Below, piece by piece: positions 26,353 to 39,289 of a stretch of 64,000 nt of DNA. Under the pieces are notes generated by a model that was not told where the DNA came from, did no database searches, and was given only the letters and a program-made list of their open reading frames with translations. Source of the DNA: Eledone cirrhosa (lineage: Eukaryota); assembly GCA_964016885.1 (NCBI GenBank), contig OZ024740.1, positions 343,976,001 through 344,040,000 on the forward strand, written 5' to 3'. Each line of letters starts with the position of its first letter. Position 1 is the first letter of the stretch. The position numbers and the translations under genes are program-made.

Positions 26353-27270
26353 TGGTTGTAACTTCTCTGTTTTTTAGCCTAGGAAAATATATATATATAT
26401 GCCTACGTATATAATTACATGCATATATGTATTTATTTTCTTTTATTAATTGAGTTCTTTACACAAGGAATTAATATTGGTTTTGAAATAACTAATTAAC
26501 CCGCGTGTGTTTTATATTTTACTCTTAATAATTCGGCCGGAGAATTATATTCCCATTTGCCCTTTATAGCATAACTTTCTGCATTTACTGCGGTTATGAG
26601 AAGCGGTTCTTATTCGGGTACAACTTCTGATTTAGCCTAAGAAAATATCTATATGCGTGTGTAATTTATACAAGCATATATTTATTTTTTTATTTTCAAT
26701 TGAGTTCTTAAACACGTTGGATTGATAATGTTTTCAAAAAAACTAATTAACCCGCGTGTATATTATTTTTTTTCCTCATTTCGTGGATCGTGGGTTGTCT
26801 CCCCTTCCCGCTTCGTGTCGCTATGATACTTCCTCAGTCAAAAACTGCTGGAATTTCAAATTTGGCGGCATTCGAGGCGAGAGAGAGCAACTTTCCGGAC
26901 ATGATTTTTGACAGCGGTAAGAAATTGTTTTCTTATATCAATGTTTAATGGGCTTCCACTGATGATTTATAAGTGCCCACCTAAATATATTCTTACATGA
27001 ATATATATTAGGCTTCTACATAAACTGGAAACATTCTCCCAAACTTGTAGAAAACTTATAATGAAACAATTGTTTGGAAAGAGAGATATACTTTAACTTT
27101 AATTATATCTCATAAAACAATACAACTGGTTTTTCCACATTATACATATTGTTAGCACCCGAAACACTTAAATTGGGTTTATATTTCAATATAACCTAAT
27201 GTTTGTTGAGTGAGATGGTTACCAGTCAGAGTTTAGCTTTAAACTATCTCTGTTATTGTATTAATTATAT
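26350..27270 (+). mobile_element. HHR-bearing unit (family G) with internal diverged direct repeat; homologous to 39290-40240
   Basis: 26355-26520 ~ 26615-26775; 26940-27265 aligns with 39915-40235; (TA)n flanks. Confidence 0.75.
26954..27079 (+). ncRNA. Type I hammerhead ribozyme with branched stem II (family G)
   Basis: TTCCA CTGATGA T TTATAAG..CTTATAA T GAAACAATTGTT TGGAA. Confidence 0.85.
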
Positions 27271-27280
27271 ATATATATAT

Positions 27281-27844
27281 ATAATTGGCGGTCGCAGTAA
27301 GACAGCAGTTAAGCGTAATAGAGGTGAACAGGAAGAGATATAAAAATATATAATACAATAGACATATAGGTAGTCCCCCTTCCGAAAATAATATTTATTC
27401 GTAACGAAACGATAAAAAAATATATACTCTATTTTCCTCTATGAATATATCATAGATTTGCCAGCATATTCTGACAGTATCCGGCAACGCTGTTTCAAGA
27501 TTCGTTAATCGTACATCAGTAACACTCACTCAGAACATATTGCCATGGAATAGACTTTAGTCACTGTTATATTTTGCGGATGATCGTCGCCCGGAAATAC
27601 TCATTTGAATAAAGCAGATAGAAAATATCGACTGGAAGAGGTCATTTACATACAGTTCAAGCTTGAGTGGTTATATAATAGAGAAAAATATAATTTCTTT
27701 CGTTCCTTTCGTATTCGTTTCGTTACAAAAAGTATTTTTATTCGGTAGCGAGGCTACCTATATGTTTATTATATATGAATGTATTATATATGTCTATAAA
27801 TGTCTTCATATACTTTAACGTTGTCTTATTGCTACCCTCAATTA
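27281..27844. mobile_element. MITE / non-autonomous DNA transposon with long imperfect TIRs
   Basis: TAATTGGCGGTCGCAGTAAGACAGC vs rc of GTTGTCTTATTGCTACCCTCAATTA; inner match ATATAGGTAG..TCGTAACGAAACGA vs TCGTTTCGTTAC..CTACCTATAT. Confidence 0.65.
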
Positions 27845-27859
27845 AATAAAACCAGCCAA

Positions 27860-29095
27860 GCTTCCACTATAGGCAACTACCATTTCAATCGGATGTCATC
27901 GGATTTTAGAAGACATGGATGAAAAACAAGATTAGAAAGGAATAATATAGACGGATTAGATTACTACTTAAGACAGAATTAAATGTAAATTATTAAGTAG
28001 CAGGCATCGACACTCTAGCGATCCAAGTAATAAGTTACACTTTCAACATTCTTAATTAGACACTAAACGAACTACTTGGACTTGACAGAATAAACAACAA
28101 AAATTGTATCTGTATTCGGAACGCATTAACCATAATCGGATGCAACAATTATTATACTTACCAAAAACACAAGGAGAAAGCGGCATTATGCAAATAGAAA
28201 CCTATTATAAAATAACCACTTAGGACTACAAAAATAATGGAAAGGTAATATAAATACCCATGAAACATGAAAGAATCAAAATAAATTCAAAACAAGCTGA
28301 ATTGACAGATAATTATGAAATAAATGAAAACACGTAAGAAGAAGCAACAAAAATTGCGAAAAAGATAAAATCCAAATTAAAAATGATTCCCAGAATGCTA
28401 CATGGAGAATACCCCCGAAAAAAATGAATAAGAAAGAAGTGGACGAACAAAATTCACAAAATTGATTAAGAAGCACTGGACTAAAAGATGAGACTGAAGG
28501 ATTACTAATTGTAACACATGAAACCACCAAAAATACATAATTGTTTCTACTTTAGGCACAAGGCCAGCAATTACCCAGTGCATTACTGGTACTTTATTTT
28601 ATCGACCCCGTAAGGATGAAAGGCAAAGTCAACCTCGGCGGTTGACCAAAAATACATAATAAAGCTAAACACAGCAAGTAACTACAGAATATTAGTTGAT
28701 GGAGAAGAAAGTATCAACCTCGTTATCTCCGGTTGCCCAGTCTAAGCCAAAAAGAGTATATATTCGCAGACATGTTAGATTCGGGAGTTACATGCACAGG
28801 AAGGTATGCCAATGCTGTAAAATGCCAACAGAAACTAGGTGGTACAAACATTCACTAGAAAAGGTGTCAGACAAAGAAACCACACTCAGGCATATGTCAA
28901 TACACATCGATAGGAAGGTCAAAGCCTCCCAAAAATTCTTCTACTTCATGTATCTAACCCCATAGATAACAATATATCCATTAAGGAGATCGAGAAATTA
29001 TCCAAATATATAGACCTGAAGATAGAAATAACTTAAATATGGGTGATAAAAACAGAAACAATCCCTGAAATATGAGGTGCTCTGGGAATGATATT
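27860..29095 (+). pseudogene. Degraded R4/Dong-like LINE (RT C-terminus, CCHC remnant, RLE) interrupted by a SINE
   Basis: Fragments read IDTLAI..ISYTFNILN, LKDETEGLLI, ISGCPVLSQKEYIRRH, RWYKH, KEIEKLSKYIDLKIEI, GALG. Confidence 0.75.
28542..28644 (-). mobile_element. 5'-truncated SINE with 16-bp TSD
   Basis: ACCAAAAATACATAAT at 28526-28541 and 28645-28660. Confidence 0.9.
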
Positions 29096-29102
29096 TCTGA
29101 TA

Positions 29103-29320
29103 ATAATAGTTTCTACTATAGCCACAAGGCCAACAAATTTGGGGGCGGGGAAATTCGATTAAATCGACCCAAATGAGTTACTGGTACTTTATTTTATCGA
29201 CCCCGTATGGATGAAAGGCAAAACAACTCTCGGAGGGTGGTGAACTCAAAACGTAAAGGGCTATAACTTTATGCCGCAAAGAATGTTGTCCGACGCTATA
29301 CCGATACTGCCAATCCACTA
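29103..29320 (-). mobile_element. tRNA-type SINE
   Basis: Full family match from GTTTCTACT to GATACTGCCAATCCAC. Confidence 0.85.
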
Positions 29321-29876
29321 ACTTTTCTTCAACGCTTCTTTACAGTTAAACCCACCTTACTCCATTTTTTTTATATTCTCATGTCTGCCTCTGTTTCTCT
29401 CTCTCTCACTCTCCTTATTACACACACTCACACACACACACATACACACACACACACACACACACAGATACACACATACTCTCTCTCTCTTCCTCTCTCG
29501 TTTATGAGATTCAGATTCCATCTCTCACTACTTTCTGTTTCAATCGAATGATTCAATGGATCTCTACCTTCCACCATATTTAATACTAATTTCTCATACT
29601 TCATGCTCTTCAATCTCATCTAATTTATAACACTTTACACCAGTTCTATTATCTCTCCTTTGGTTTCCTCTGTCCTTTTGTCTTCAAACTGTTCATTGTT
29701 TCTTCTGTAGTCTCTTCTATCTATCCCAACGTCTTATTCCTGTCAAATTTGGGAAGATTTCAGCAGTCTTCCGACGCGCTGGTGTAGTGCCATATAGCCG
29801 CGGGTGACTCATTGAAGGAATAGATATCCATTGAATAACAATATCAACAACAACAATAACAATAATAATAATAATA

Positions 29877-30253
29877 ATTGTTTCTACTTTTTGGCAGAAG
29901 GCCAGCAATTGCCCAACGCATTATTGGTACTTTATTTTATCGACCCCGTAAGGATGAAAGGCAAAGTTAACCTCGGCAGGATTTGAACTCAGACCGTAAA
30001 GGGACGTAACTGTACTGCAGAGCATGGCGTCTGACCCACTACCGATACTGCCAGGCCACAATAATAATAATTGTTTCTACTTTTGGCACAAGGCCACCAA
30101 TTACCCAGTGCATTACTGGTACTTTATTTTATCGACCCCGAAAGGATGAAAGGCAAAGTGAACCTCGGCGGGATTTGAACACAGAATGGAGAGGACCGTA
30201 ACTCTATGCATCAAAGCATGGCGTCCGACCCACTATCGATGCTGCCAGGCCAC
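29877..30253 (-). mobile_element. Two tandem SINE copies in an (AAT)n tract
   Basis: 29877-30059 and 30070-30253, each bordered by ACAATAATAATAAT. Confidence 0.9.
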
Positions 30254-30269
30254 AATAATAATAATGATT

Positions 30270-30744
30270 ATAAATGGTATGAGCTTAAACCAAAGTCGGT
30301 GATAGAAAACGATCAAGTGAAGGTGCTATGGGATTTCATGATACAGACAGACAAGAAATTAGAACACAATACGCCTGACCTGGTAGTTTTTGACAAGGAA
30401 AACAGATTGTGCCTGATTGTAGACGTAACCTGCACCTTTGACACAAGAGTGCAAGAAAAGGATTTAAAGTGGGAATTAAAAAGTATGTGGGACTGTCATG
30501 AGATCAGGGTTGTCCCGATTTTCATATGAGCTACTCTGTACTATTTCGAAGTGTATTTAAGGATGGTTAAAGACCATTAGTCCAACCCCTTTTTTGGAAC
30601 ACTTCAAAAGTCATGTTTGCTTGGAACAGCAAAAACCCTCCGACACGTCCTGAATATCTGTGGCTGCATGTAGCGCCTTGATGTTCATTTGAACAAACTT
30701 TCCAGTTAAATAACATCAATGAGTGAGAGTCCAAGAATAATAAT
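30270..30744 (+). pseudogene. R4/Dong-like LINE 3' fragment (RLE domain) with (TAA) tail
   Basis: WYELKPKSVIENDQVKVLWDFMIQTDKKLEHNTPDLVVFDKENRLCLIVDV...LQKSCLLGTAKTLRHVLN. Confidence 0.85.
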
Positions 30745-30929
30745 TGTTTCTACTTTTGGCACAAGGCCAGCAATTATTCCAGTGCATTACTGGTACTTTA
30801 TTTTATCGACCCCGTAAGGATGAAAGGCAAAGTTAAGCTCGGCAGGATTTGAACTCAGAATGGCAAGGGCCGTAACTCTATGCGTCAAAGCATGGCATCC
30901 GACCCTCTACCGATATGCCTATCCACCAC
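30745..30929 (-). mobile_element. SINE with 14-bp TSD
   Basis: CCAAGAATAATAAT at 30731-30744 and 30930-30943. Confidence 0.9.
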
Positions 30930-30948
30930 CCAAGAATAATAATAATAC

Positions 30949-31079
30949 TTGTTTCTACTTTTGACACAAGGCCAGCAATTACCCAGTACATTACTGGTAC
31001 TTTATTTTATCGACCCCGTAAAATAAAGTACCAGTAATGTACTGAGTAATTGCTGGCCTTGTGTCAAAAGTAGAAACAA
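30949..31079. repeat. Fold-back of a SINE 3' end (61-bp arms, 9-nt loop)
   Basis: 30949-31009 = rc of 31019-31079 with 1 mismatch. Confidence 0.92.
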
Positions 31080-31093
31080 TTAGAAAGAATAAA

Positions 31094-31125
<32 letters not shown>

Positions 31126-31127
<2 letters not shown>

Positions 31128-31285
31128 TTTCTACTTTTGGCACAAGGCCAGCAATTACTCCAGTGCATCCCCGTAAGGATGAAACGCAACGTTAACCTTG
31201 GCGGGATTTGAACTCAGAACGTAAAGAGCCATAACTTTATGCTGCAAAGCATGGTGACTGATGCTCTACAGATACTGCCAAACCA
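31126..31285 (-). mobile_element. SINE with internal deletion
   Basis: Family match lacking the TACTGGTACTTTATTTTATCGA segment. Confidence 0.85.
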
Positions 31286-32077
31286 TGATAATAATTTATG
31301 ATAATAAGTAATAGTAGTTGCAGTAGTACCATCATTGCTCCTTTTACGTTTTATACAATATTTTTCCTTTAACCTTGGGCAAAAAATGATGAGTGAATAA
31401 TCCAGTGCTTTTAGTCCCCTAGATAGGGTGTTCCATAAATGTACTTCCCCCATTGTTTGTCTGCACGTACAGATGATCAACATCTTCCTTGGGGTGGTGC
31501 TTTTTGTTTCATGTCAATATTCTTCGTATCTCTCCAGTTAATTTCACCTATAATCCTGTTAATGAGGTTAAGGATGTAAGTTACAAATGCACCGTTAGGG
31601 ACTTTATTCTACTTTTTGCACCGAGTTTAGTCTTTAGGATGTCTCCTCTTACTCTCTTAATGCTTTATGCTGTGGATATCTAAAATTCCAAAATATAGCT
31701 GTATAAATTCCTGAAATTAAAGTGTATAGAAAGGGATCTTACTGTATTTTATACAGTTGCTTGTTATTTATTGTATCCGAAACTTTCTCGTGCCTAATAT
31801 GGTCTATATTTTCAGCGTTATAGAGTGTAGAGATGAAATAGGTTGAAACATTCCAAGTGATTAATATCTCTGACTTACGTTATATGTTATGTAAATGATC
31901 TTGGATTATAGAAGACCAAATTTCATGATATTCGAAACAACTGATTTCCCGTCTCACTATCAGTTGCTTTGAATATCAGTCAAAGGACACGTTGGTTTTA
32001 CGAGGCCACTGCAACCGCATTGGCAAGTATATTTTTTAAGAAGATATAGACATGAACTAGTTTTATTATTTGAAGAA

Positions 32078-32262
32078 GGGCCGTGGATTGGCAGTATCAC
32101 TAGAGGGCCGGACGCCATGCTTTCCAGCATAGTTACGTCCCTTTACGATCTGAGTTCAAATCCCGCCGAGGTTGACTTTGCCTTTCATCCTTACGGGGTC
32201 GATAAAATGAAGTACCAGTAATGCACTGGGTGATTGCTGGCCTTGTACCTAAAGTAGAAACA
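32078..32262 (+). mobile_element. Full-length tRNA-type SINE with 13-bp TSD
   Basis: A-box-like TGGCAGTATCACTAG, B-box GAGTTCAAATCC; TSD ATTATTTGAAGAA at 32065 and 32263. Confidence 0.92.
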
Positions 32263-33093
32263 ATTATTTGAAGAAAGTAGCACATTTCGTTTGGATTATC
32301 TACCCGTAATGGAGATTGAGTGATGTAATATTAATTAAAATTTGGTTACATTACAGATAATTTTCCTCATTGATATACCACATTACCTGTCGAATAATGA
32401 ATATTGATGGGAAACCAATGGGAACAATACAGAAAGTAGAGACAGAAGACAAAAAGAATGAAACATGACTAAAGGAAAGTATAAAAGCAGAAGTCCGTCA
32501 TGAAGAGACACCTGCCTATCAAAATTGCACGAGACATTCCGTTCTTGGAAACTCAACCAATAATCTCCTGATAGATCTACTGAAAGACCGGAGGGAAGAC
32601 ATAGAATATTGGGCTGATCGAGGCGGGTGAAACAGTTTGAATTTATAGAAAGCCTAAATAATAGACTCTACATGAAATCCACACCTTTTGTCTACCAGCA
32701 GCAAAACCGACTGGCAAACAGACCTAGAGCTCGTCACACTTTCGTCAATACGGACGATGGTTTTTGGCATATTTGGAAGTAGACTTTGAGGTAACAAATG
32801 CAGATTGTCTGAGTCGTAGGGTGCGATGACCTACAGAAGAGGTAACCTATCATACTTTATTTTAAAACATTCTCAACCATACCTTCTTTCAACATATCAG
32901 TCATTCAATATATATGCACTCTTCCTTACCCATGACGGGCTTAACGTTATTAGATTAACATCAACACTTTGACCACAAACCTTCTACCTTTATATCCCCC
33001 TATTGCTTTTCTCATCTTATTCTTTCCTTTTCTACCTTTCCTCTCATTCAAGGCTAAATGTCTGTCAGCATGTATATATATATATATACAAGA

Positions 33094-34248
33094 ATGGGCC
33101 CGAACTATGCCAACCTTTTTGTTGGCCATGTTGAGGCCCAAATCTTTGCCCAGTACACCGGTCCCACGCCCGAACTGTACGGTCGTTACATTGACGACTG
33201 TATCGGAGCCACGACCCTCACCCGAGTACAGCTCGACTCCTTTCTCTCCTTCTTCTGCTCCTTCCACCCCTCCCTCCACTTCACCACCTCTATCTCCACC
33301 ACCCACGTCCACTTCTTGGACATCTCCGTCGCCTTCGACCCCTCCCACCACTCCCTCGTCACCTCCGCCTTCTTCAAACCCACCGACTCCCACTCTTACC
33401 TCGACTTCACCTCTTCCCACCCCACCCACACTAAACACTCCAGTCCCTACTCCCAACTTCTCAGGATCCGCCGCCTCTGTAGCCGAGATGCTGACTTCGA
33501 GTCCCAGGCCCTTTCCCTAGTCAGCCATTTCATCCGCAGAGGTTACCCCCCCCCCCCCCCCCCCTCTCGTCCACACCGCTCTCACCCGCGCCCGTGCTAT
33601 CCCCCGCTCCACCACCCTCACCCCACGCCACCGCACACCCACCCACCGTCTCCCCTTCCCCATCACCTACCACCCCTCCACCTTACCCCTCCACCGCACC
33701 ATCCGCCGCCTCTTCCGACACCTCCAGTCCGACCCCTCCACCTCCCACATCTTCCCAACCCCACCACTCCCCTCCTTCAAACGCGCACGCAATCTCCGCA
33801 CCCTCCTCGTCCACAGCTCCCTACCCCCCAACCCACGCTCCGTTCCCCCCTCCCCGGTTCCTTCCCCTGTTCTAGGCCCCGCTGCAACACCTGTCCCCAC
33901 ATCACCAACACCACCACCTTCCAGGGTCCCAACGGCCACCCTCTCTCGGTCCGGCATGCCTTCCACTGCATCTCCTCCAACCTAGTCTACGGACTTCGTT
34001 GCACGAGGTGCAGCGCGACTTATGTCGGACAGACGGGACGCTGCCTGGCGGACCGAGTCACGGAGCACCTCCGGGACATTCGTCTCGGGGGCAGTTCCCC
34101 CATCGCCCGCCACTTTGGTGGCCCTGGACACTCCGCACGCCATCTCACAGTCTGTGGCCTACTCCAGTGCCACGGAACACCCGCCCATCGCCTTACGGTC
34201 GAACAACGTACTATCTTCATCTTACAGACCCACACTCCCCCGGCCTGA
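33094..34248 (+). pseudogene. PLE reverse transcriptase C-terminal half plus GIY-YIG endonuclease; out-of-frame stretch after the poly-C at 33546-33564
   Basis: MGPNYANLF, YGRYIDD, FLDI, KPTDSHSYLDFTSSHP, RRLCS, CSRPRCNTC, LVYGLRCTRC..YVGQTGR..R..EH. Confidence 0.9.
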
Positions 34249-35610
34249 ACTCCCCACCCTTATTCCTTTAGCGTTCGACCGCCCCCCTCCCCCCACTTAT
34301 CCCCCACTAACACCACTAACACACCCCTCCTTTTCACCGCCCACCCCACACTAACAATACTAACACCTCCACTCCACCCCTCATCTGACCACCCTTCCCC
34401 AACTAACATACTAACATCCTTTCCCTCCCCTCTTCTCCTCCTCCCTCCTCCTTATCACACGCACACATGCACCCACTTACACCACCCACCCCACACGCAA
34501 CTAACATCACTAACACCCTCCAACCCCACGCACACGTACCCACACACCCTCGTACACCACCAACTCTACACACCCTACCCCCACTCACACCTGCATTCCA
34601 CCCCTCCCCACCTCCCGTATACTAACACCCACTAACACCTCTCCACCAAACTACACACACACCAGTACACCACACTCCCTCCATAGAACCACACACACCC
34701 TTCTCTCCCCACTCCACACTCACTCATCCCACTAACACCCCTACTAATACACACACACACACACACACCCTCCTCACTCCAACTCTCACACCTACCCATC
34801 CTCGCCTCCCTACCATTCCGCCGACTGCTGCTATGCCCTTCCGACCACTGTCTCAGCACCAACTGACCACAGCACTTCCACTGCTGACCACTTCCTGTTG
34901 CGCGCGCACCCCACATCTCTCCTCTTCCGACCACCGCTTCTTGGATTACCCACACGCGTTTTGACTTCTAACCAAAATCTCCATACATCCGTGTAACTTA
35001 CCACTTTCAACCATCCTCTTACACCATCACCTATATAACTCACCCACACACACACACCCCAAAACAATTTTTTTTATCCACACGCCACCCACACCCACAA
35101 CACGCTTAAACCACACACACGTGCTTCTCACCACATATTTACACCCTCAGCCCCCTGATTCCTCTCCTCCCACCCCCCTATCCACACACGCACAGACCCT
35201 CCGACCCACAAAAACACCCCCCAGACACACCTTCCTGAACATGCAACCCCGTTCTTCCCCCAACCCTCACTTTCACATACACACACACACACACACACAC
35301 ACGCACACCTAACCACACACACCACCTTCAGCCCTCCCCGCTCGGACACCCCGTCTCCCTCTCCCCACTCCACCCGCCACCACCTCTACTCACCCCACAC
35401 CCTTCCACCACCTGTTTACCCCCCTTTTAGTTTCAGTTTATTTTGATCATGCCTTTATTTTTAAATTTTCTCATTCCTTGTATTTTGATCATGCTTTATT
35501 TTTATTTATTATTTATTATATTTTTGTCTTTATTTGTTAATTTTTCATTCGCACCGTTTCCTTTCGCTATATGTCTCTCCACCACTCCTCTACACACCTT
35601 TTGAACTCTC

Positions 35611-35642
35611 ACCTGAAGAAGGGCTTATGCCCGAAACGTCGT
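35611..35642 (+). ncRNA. Minimal type I hammerhead ribozyme in the PLE 3' end (family H)
   Basis: CTGAAGA A GGGC ttat GCCC GAAACGTC; classic PLE minimal HHR; stem I only 2 bp. Confidence 0.82.
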
Positions 35643-35736
35643 CCCCCACCTACCCCCCACCTACCCCACTCTCCTGAGCGTGAATTTAATAAACATTTAT
35701 CGTACTGCCTCTCAGTTCTGTCCCTGTTCAATTTTT

Positions 35737-35820
<84 letters not shown>

Positions 35821-36200
35821 CATATTAATATATGAGTATATAGTAGACAGACTAACATTAAATGTTCTGTATAGTTTTCGTTACCTACCGATTTCTCAAA
35901 GGAAAACATTTTTAAATATCGAACTTACCTTCTTTCTATTACTTCTATTCTTTCAGGAAATTTATAATTTTCTCTCAGCCTTTCGCATGATACATTTTTT
36001 GGCAAAATCATGGACGATCAATTGTATGCACATTCGCCAAACGATATCACCAGCATCAATAGCTCGGAGTTCAGCAAACGTTTTTGGCTAGTGAAACCAT
36101 TAGTTGCACATGAATTATCGTATACACGTATCATGATAAATAAATATTAGCCCTTTCTTTTTCATGATTCTTTTGCTACTCACACAAACACACGCACGCT

Positions 36201-36249
<49 letters not shown>

Positions 36250-37134
36250 CTCCCTCCCCCTCTCTCTCTCACTCTTTCTCTCGCTATATTTATATATATG
36301 TGTGTGTGTGTGTGTGATTATGTGTGTGCGTGTGTTGTGTATGTAGGCCCAATGTGTACTCATATGATACTTTTCTGTTATACGTAATGTATAGGCTCTT
36401 GGGGCCAATTAATGAAGGGATTACTGTTATTGTTATTATCATAATAATAATAATTGTTATTGTTATTATTATTAATATCATTATTACCATTAATATTAGT
36501 AGTAGTACTTGATTGGTACCTGTTTTAGATGTTGTTGTTATAAGTGATGTAGTAGAAGAATTAGTATTTGTAATAAAATATAGAAAGACGATAAAATCAA
36601 AGAAAACGAAAAATATAAATGTTTATTCGTAGTTGATTTTGCATTGTCTGTAAGTCTACCTAAATAACGCATTACATCGAACAGTAACAAAAACAGAAAT
36701 GTCACTTCATATTAATCTCCATACACTAGTGATTCCTTTTCAAACCTCCAGTTACCTCTAGAGAGTTATGTCAATGGTACCATAGATTACTTTATGTTTA
36801 ATGTCATTAAACTGCTGTCATAGACGTAAATAATATAAAATTAAAGATAAATACTGACTGTCAGCTTGATGAGCGAATAAAGATATAAAGCAAGCAGTTG
36901 TTTTAAAGGTTAGTTCAAAGTCTAGCGTAGCTCTTTTATCGTTCTAATAAATCAATAAATAGTTTACCCATTAAATATATTTTAGCAGCCACTAATCATA
37001 TGCGATAACTAGGGATATGTCCCCGTGTATAGAAGGGGCACAAATATTTGCTAATGTACAGAAGGATTAGGTGTTTATTATCAAATTGTTAGATGAATTG
37101 AGACAGTTAAAAATAACCGATTTACCAGGTCTTT

Positions 37135-37570
37135 CTGCAGAAGGGTTGCCTTGCATCTTAATTAAGTATACATGACAAGGAAGTCAACATATAGTTGTAT
37201 ATAAGTATTTATTTATACCATCAATTAATCACACTCCTAGACATGGCTGTCACAAAGAAAGAGCTTTTTTCTGCTATGGCAACCATGCTTATGCAACACT
37301 TGAAACATTTTCAGATCGCGATGCCTGCGCTTGTAATTTTTTAAGTGAAGAATTATCTTGCACTGGGTCAATCCCTCTCTCATAATCAACGATGAGAAGC
37401 ATCCAAGAAGAAGAACAGGTGAATACCATTGGTTGCCATTGAGTCGTAGGTTTTACATCAGTTTTCCATTTCTTAGAATGATGTTCTAAAGAGGATTAAT
37501 GTTCTTTCACTCCCAGTTGGCTAACCGCGCGCTTGGACACCAATCCGAATATTTCCATGTCCCCGTGCAT
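37135..37570 (-). mobile_element. Short RTE-derived element, head-to-head with a relative
   Basis: 37503-37570 ~ rc of 37840-37908; rc contains CTAAGAAATGGAAAACTGATGTAAAACC, resembling the RTE-type UTR motif. Confidence 0.5.
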
Positions 37571-37842
37571 GTATATATATATATACATGTATATGAGCAT
37601 ACGTAGGTGTGTGTGTGCGGGAGTAGGGGTGTTTTGGTGTATATCTCTTTGGCATAGCAGTGCTACAGTGGCTACATTACGAGTTGAAATTAAGTGTATA
37701 TATATAAGTAAGGAATATACACTGAAATATTGACGGAGCATATGTATATGTATATATATGTGTATGTGTATATACATGTATGCATGTGTATCTGTGTATA
37801 TATATATAAGTGTGTGTACTTGTATGCATGTGTATGTATATG

Positions 37843-38182
37843 CGCGGGGACATAGAAATAATCGGATGGATACCCAATAAGGCAGTTAAACCACTGGGAG
37901 TGAAAGACCCCTAGCTTTTGTCAGGACATTAATCTAGGAGAAGGCAACTCAGGAAACTAGGATAACTCCGACATAAAATCTGCGGCTCAGTAGTTATCGA
38001 TGATGTTGATTTTTTTCTTCTTTTCGGATTATAGCTACTATCGCTCAGAGTGTGGGATTGGCTCTGTGCACAGTCTTTCCTCACTTAAAAAAATCTACAC
38101 GCAGCATGTTAGCATTAATTAATAATTATTAATAATGTTATATCGTGCAATGGCCATACTTGATAACGAGGAGGCAGCCATC

Positions 38183-38184
<2 letters not shown>
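37843..38184 (+). mobile_element. Short RTE-derived bipartite element
   Basis: CTAGGAGAAGGCAACTC motif plus tail TGGCCATACTTGATAACGAGGAGGCAGCCATCA shared with 12693-12725. Confidence 0.55.
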
Positions 38185-38251
<67 letters not shown>

Positions 38252-38293
38252 CAACAAATTATAAAATAAGAAGAAGTAATAAACACAGATATA

Positions 38294-38380
38294 TACCTGT
38301 ACAGTTTCGCTGGTCAGTTTGCAGCAATTGCACATTAAAGATGTGCAATAATGTTGTGAGGCACACCAGATTTTCAAGGA
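38294..38380 (-). ncRNA. Degenerate U3:A8 hammerhead related to family C
   Basis: rc: TTGAAAA t CTGGT..TTGCACAT cttta ATGTGCAA..ACCAG c GAAACTGTACAG; cleavage site and stem I lost; flank 38390-38550 homologous to 14770-14930. Confidence 0.55.
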
Positions 38381-38647
38381 ACTCCTCAGGGAAAGAACGC
38401 TTTCCAGACACGTTCGTAGCAAGTGAGAAAACCTCAAAAGGTGGAGGAAGAAATTACCACGTAATACACCGGTCAAGGAAGGAAACTGAATCCCTTGTAG
38501 CAAGTGAAAAATATCTCAGAAGGCGGAGGGAGAAATTAATACATGATACAGAGGTTACAGGAGGGTAGTAAGGTGGATTGAAAACGATTATAGTTTTTGC
38601 TTAAGAAGCAGTTACTCTACTTTCGGGTTAATTCAACCGCAAGGGAG

Positions 38648-38697
<50 letters not shown>

Positions 38698-38938
38698 GAA
38701 TAGGGGAGTGTGTGTGTATTCCAGCAGGACAAAACCATGCCAGAATCGGATAAAACCACCATGGGGTGAGAGGCAAAACAGTGTGGATGGACGCATAATA
38801 TCATAAAAAAAGTTTGCGTTGTAAGACCACTGTGCGTATATTGGTAGGCGTGGTCACTTTGTGTCGACTTACATAACAATCATACATAGATACAACAGAG
38901 AAAGTTGGAGAGAGAGAGAGAGGGAGAGAGAGGGAGTG

Positions 38939-38989
<51 letters not shown>

Positions 38990-39289
38990 CGGAAAGAGAG
39001 AGAGATGGTGGAGAGGGAGATGGTGGAGAGAGGAAGCAAGAATGTGAGAGGAAAAGAGAAAGTGTTGGGGAGAGAGGATAAATAACAACAGGGTAAGCTA
39101 ATTAAAATTCAATGTTAGGTTGACACTCATAGAGAAGGAAATATTTTAACGTTAACTGGCTTGAATCGGAAAAAGAGAATGAGAAAAGGAGTCCCAAAAT
39201 GAAGAAAGATAAATAGAAAGAAAATTATAATGTAAACCTTGTATCAGTTTTATCAGGGTCATGTTTATATATATATATATATATATACA

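Larger units (their letters stand above)
33090..35741 (+). mobile_element. 5'-truncated Penelope-like element (Neptune-like) with C/A-rich 3' UTR and terminal HHR, inserted in (TA)n
   Basis: RT+GIY-YIG ORF, HHR at 35613, AATAAA near 35689, (TA)n on both sides. Confidence 0.88.

Noticed and set aside
29877-31285. Repeated SINE copies resembling a CRISPR array or tRNA genes
   Set aside because: ~185-bp retroposons with TSDs; no cloverleaf; eukaryotic context with no cas genes
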